64,000 nucleotides of DNA from an uncultured delta proteobacterium (GTDB lineage: Bacteria > Desulfobacterota > Binatia > UBA9968): NCBI GenBank assembly GCA_963745835.1, contig CAVUZH010000003.1, forward strand, positions 1,280,001 through 1,344,000. The letters are read 5' to 3'. A program made the translations under genes and the position numbers. This document shows, piece by piece, positions 61,056 to 64,000 of the stretch. How positions within the stretch are numbered: the stretch's first letter is position 1; each line of letters begins with the position of its first letter. The notes beneath the pieces are model-generated. The model was not told the origin of the DNA and did no database searches. It was given only the letters and a program-made list of their open reading frames with translations.

Positions 61056-62210
61056 TCAGTTGTATTTTTTTAAAACTTCGCGCGCGATGACCATGCGCAT
61101 AACTTCCGAGGCCCCTTCCGTAATCATGCGGCTGCGCTGATCGACGAACCACTTGGCCAGCGGCAGATCCAAGGTAAGCCCTATGCCGCCGTGGATCTGC
61201 AAGACCCGGTCGACGACGCGAAACGACATCTCGTCGGCAAAAAGTTTTGCCATGTAAGCTTCGTTGCGGATGTCTTTTTTCTGATCGTTCTTCCAGGCAG
61301 CCTGATAAACCATCAAGCGGGCCGCGTGTAACTCGACGTAAGAATCAGCAAGCTTGAAGGTGATGCCCTGCCGTTCAGATAGAGGCTTGCCGAACGTGAC
61401 CCGTTGCTTCGAATAGCTCGCGCCCATCTCGATGCAGCGCTCGGCAACTCCCAATGCGCGCGCGCCGTGCTTTAAACGGCCAATCCCCAGCCATTTTTGC
61501 GCCAGCTTGAAGCCTTCCCCTTCTTTGCCGACAAGATTCTCGGCCGGCACTTTCATATCGTCGAAGGTGATATGCCAGGGTTCCTCACCCATCATCGTTT
61601 TGTATCGAGTTACGAGCGTCAGCCCCGGCGTCTTCATATCCACCATGAAGCAGGAAATCCCGCCATGAGCGCCCTTGGCGGGATCAGTGACCGCCATCAA
61701 TTGGCCGATGTCGGCGTCGCCCGCGCCGGTAATGAAGCGCTTGGTGCCGTTGATGATGTAGTGATCGCCCTGGCGCACCGCGCGCGTCTTCATTGAGGCG
61801 GGATCGGAGCCTGCGTCCGGCTCGGTCTGCATGAAGCAGAGTTTTTTCTCGCCGCGCAGAACCGGATCCATGAAACGTTTTTTCTGATCCGGATTCAGCG
61901 CATAAAGAATCGGCCGCACTTCGGGCCCGAAGATACCCTGCCCGCGCGAAGGCAGCGCAACCGTGCGCGACAGCTCTTCCCATACCAGTACCTGCGCTAA
62001 ACTGCCGAGCCCGCCGCCGCCGTACTCCTCCGGCACATCGAACATCCAGAGACCCATGTCTTTGGTCTTTTTCTCCAAGCGCTGGCGAATGTCCGGTTTG
62101 AGCTCCATATTTTCGATCGTATGCATCTCGACCGGAATCAATTCCTTATCGACGAATTTGCGCACCGTATCTTTCAACATCTGAAGTTCTTCAGGTAAAT
62201 CAAAATCCAT
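61056..62210 (-). CDS. Acyl-CoA dehydrogenase family protein
   Basis: PEEYGGGG, TEPDAGSD, NGTKRFIT, RVTFGKPL, QIHGGIG, ITEGASE. Confidence 0.93.
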   Translation of the reverse strand: MDFDLPEELQMLKDTVRKFVDKELIPVEMHTIENMELKPDIRQRLEKKTKDMGLWMFDVPEEYGGGGLGSLAQVLVWEELSRTVALPSRGQGIFGPEVRPILYALNPDQKKRFMDPVLRGEKKLCFMQTEPDAGSDPASMKTRAVRQGDHYIINGTKRFITGAGDADIGQLMAVTDPAKGAHGGISCFMVDMKTPGLTLVTRYKTMMGEEPWHITFDDMKVPAENLVGKEGEGFKLAQKWLGIGRLKHGARALGVAERCIEMGASYSKQRVTFGKPLSERQGITFKLADSYVELHAARLMVYQAAWKNDQKKDIRNEAYMAKLFADEMSFRVVDRVLQIHGGIGLTLDLPLAKWFVDQRSRMITEGASEVMRMVIAREVLKKYN

Positions 62211-62276
62211 GCATGTCCTCCGGCACACCGCTTTCTAACGTTCAACCGCTGCCGTCTTTTCATTCTTCGTGTTTTC

Positions 62277-62303
62277 ATCCTCCCCCGCGCCGCGGGGGAG
62301 GAT
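62277..62303. repeat. GC-rich REP-like hairpin
   Basis: ATCCTCCCCCGC-GCC-GCGGGGGAGGAT perfect 12-bp stem. Confidence 0.65.
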
Positions 62304-62315
62304 AATAGGTGGGGG

Positions 62316-62351
62316 TTGGAACGATTTGAACGGCTTGAACTGTTGGAACCC
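62316..62351. repeat. Four-copy 9-bp tandem repeat
   Basis: TTGGAACGA TTTGAACGG CTTGAACTG TTGGAACCC. Confidence 0.75.
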
Positions 62352-62353
62352 CG

Positions 62354-63172
62354 TTATTTCTTCTCTTCAACCTTGTACGACCCAAGTCCCGGTCTGTATT
62401 CCTTGCGCGCAAACTGTTGCAATCCGGGCCGGCCGCCGATGGCTTGTTTGGCTTTATCGGAAATCAAGTTGGAGATTTCGTATGCGACGTCAGGATTGGA
62501 GTAGAAGGTGTAGTACCAGGCCTCTTTGACCGCGTTGAGCGCCGATGGCGCCTTCTCCTTGAGATTATTCGCGATCTCCGTCACCTCTTTGTCTAAGTCC
62601 GTCCGTGCCACCGCCTTGGTAATTAAACCGATGCGCTCGGCTTCTTTGGCGTTCATAGTTTTTCCGGTAAGCGCATAATAGAGGCCATGCTTGGGTTGGA
62701 GATGCTCGGTCAACACGATCGTCACCTCACCGCCGGGGAAATGGCCGAAGTTAACCTCGGAGAGGCCGAACTGTACGTCATCGGCCGCAATCGCGATGTC
62801 ACATCCGGTGACGACGGTAAAGCCGCCGCCAAATACCCAGCCGTTGATCTTCGCGATCACCGGCTGCGGCATCTTACGAAGAATCTCGTTGCGCCATTGA
62901 CGCGACTTTTCACGCACCTCATCGCGCACCCGCGCCGGCTGCGAGTCCATTTCAATGAAATATTGTTTTAGATCCTGCCCGGCGCAAAAGCTTTCGCCCG
63001 CTCCGGTGATCACAATGACTCGGGTGTCTTTGTCGTAGCGCAGGTCCGTGAGCAGGTCGTACATGTCGCGATGCAACTGCGGACTCATCGCATTGCGTTT
63101 TTCCGGACGGTTCAAGGTAATCGTCGTTACTCCATCGTTCTTATCAACTAGCAAAGTCTGGTATTCCGCCAT
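62354..63172 (-). CDS. Crotonase-family enzyme, hydroxycinnamoyl-CoA hydratase-lyase-like
   Basis: LNRPEKRNAMSP, CAGQDLKQYF, GWVFGGGF, FGLSEVN and C-terminal GLQQF..YRPGLGSY resembling HCHL. Confidence 0.8.
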   Translation of the reverse strand: MAEYQTLLVDKNDGVTTITLNRPEKRNAMSPQLHRDMYDLLTDLRYDKDTRVIVITGAGESFCAGQDLKQYFIEMDSQPARVRDEVREKSRQWRNEILRKMPQPVIAKINGWVFGGGFTVVTGCDIAIAADDVQFGLSEVNFGHFPGGEVTIVLTEHLQPKHGLYYALTGKTMNAKEAERIGLITKAVARTDLDKEVTEIANNLKEKAPSALNAVKEAWYYTFYSNPDVAYEISNLISDKAKQAIGGRPGLQQFARKEYRPGLGSYKVEEKK

Positions 63173-63436
63173 GATTATCTCCTTTCGACATCTATGAATC
63201 AGGATTTATTTTTACTAAGGACTAGAGGCAAATGGTCTTTGTGAGCTCTACTCCAGTTAACACGAGGCTGTCAAATGAGCGCGAGCATTCTGGTTTGAAG
63301 GTTGGCTGTTCGAACCGCGGTTCTCGTGCCGTGAGTTTCAAATCGACTCGGATGTTGGCAGCGGAGGGAGCGAACGACTTCCTTGAGACGATTTGTCGCA
63401 ATTCGGAGATTACAAAGCGAGTCCGAGCGACGATTG

Positions 63437-64000
63437 CTATTTTCGAGTGATATCGCGCAGCAGCTTCTTCCAACGATCGTCGAACTTCTCGTACTGTTCC
63501 GTCGTGAGGCCCTTCTCGGGATACCACCGCTTGAAGCCGTAATCCTTTGTCGATGTCGCGAAACGAAATTTTTCTTCGAAGATCTTTTGCCCTTCCGGAC
63601 TGAGTAGAAAATCGGCCAGCAACAATGCCGCATGCGGGTTGTTGCTGTTGCTCGGCAACGCAACGCCGCCGGCATTGGTGGCGTTTAAATCCAGAGGAAC
63701 CCATTCAGTCGGCGCTCCCTTGGCTTGTCCGGCCAAAACGTGATTACGAAATATCGAGACCGACAACGGCATTTCCCCCGCTGCCATCAATTCATGGATG
63801 GCGCCGCCGGAGATCATGTGCATCTTCATCTCCAAAAGCCTGAGCTGCTTTACGAACTCTTCTCCTTTGGCCCGAATCACGGCACCGAGAAATCGCACAC
63901 CCGTAGAGTCGCCGCTCACGCCGATCCTGCCTTTATATTCAGGCTTGACCAAGTCGGCAAAACTCTTGGGCACATCGGCAGGGCGAATCAGGTTTTTGTT
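63437..64000 (-). CDS. Extracellular solute-binding protein, Fe3+/AfuA-like (partial; 5' end beyond window)
   Basis: PKSFADLVKPEYKG, AAGE, NPHAALLLADFLLSPEGQ. Confidence 0.8.
   Translation of the reverse strand, partial: NKNLIRPADVPKSFADLVKPEYKGRIGVSGDSTGVRFLGAVIRAKGEEFVKQLRLLEMKMHMISGGAIHELMAAGEMPLSVSIFRNHVLAGQAKGAPTEWVPLDLNATNAGGVALPSNSNNPHAALLLADFLLSPEGQKIFEEKFRFATSTKDYGFKRWYPEKGLTTEQYEKFDDRWKKLLRDITRK

Noticed and set aside
62316-62504. ORF MERFERLELLEP
   Set aside because: Translation of the 9-bp repeat running antisense into the crotonase gene.
63222-63704. Overlapping 134-160 aa ORFs and the intergenic stretch 63180-63430
   Set aside because: No recognisable motifs, they overlap a real gene, and I found no convincing RNA structure.

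Overview
Bacterial chromosomal window; gene content and synteny suggest a Deltaproteobacteria-like lineage, possibly Candidatus Binatia (inference). Layout: 1-671 is the edge of a probable tRNA-Arg(ACG)-anchored island with a DUF4238-like gene. 1-18 kb holds accessory and metabolic genes (ligD, CoA-transferase, solute-binding protein plus sensor kinase, liv ABC operon). 18-50 kb is core: leuCD, truA-asd-leuBA-pssA-psd-ilvCNB, tsaB-rseP-dxr-cdsA-uppS-frr-pyrH-tsf-rpsB, rho, rluD, ribF, tol-pal, pgk-tpiA-secG-tRNA-Leu. 50-64 kb is an aromatic/organic-acid catabolic region. Top finding: an integrase-less integron cassette array (57.6-59.8 kb; attI-like head, three attC sites) carrying a VOC protein, a HEPN-motif protein and a stand-alone NucC/DUF6602-like nuclease, i.e. 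candidate anti-phage cassettes. Second: a possible leucine attenuator for leuA whose leader role would be played by the 3' end of pssA. About a dozen small frameshifts, many in essential genes, point to sequencing/assembly indels. All family assignments come from motif recognition; no database searches were run.
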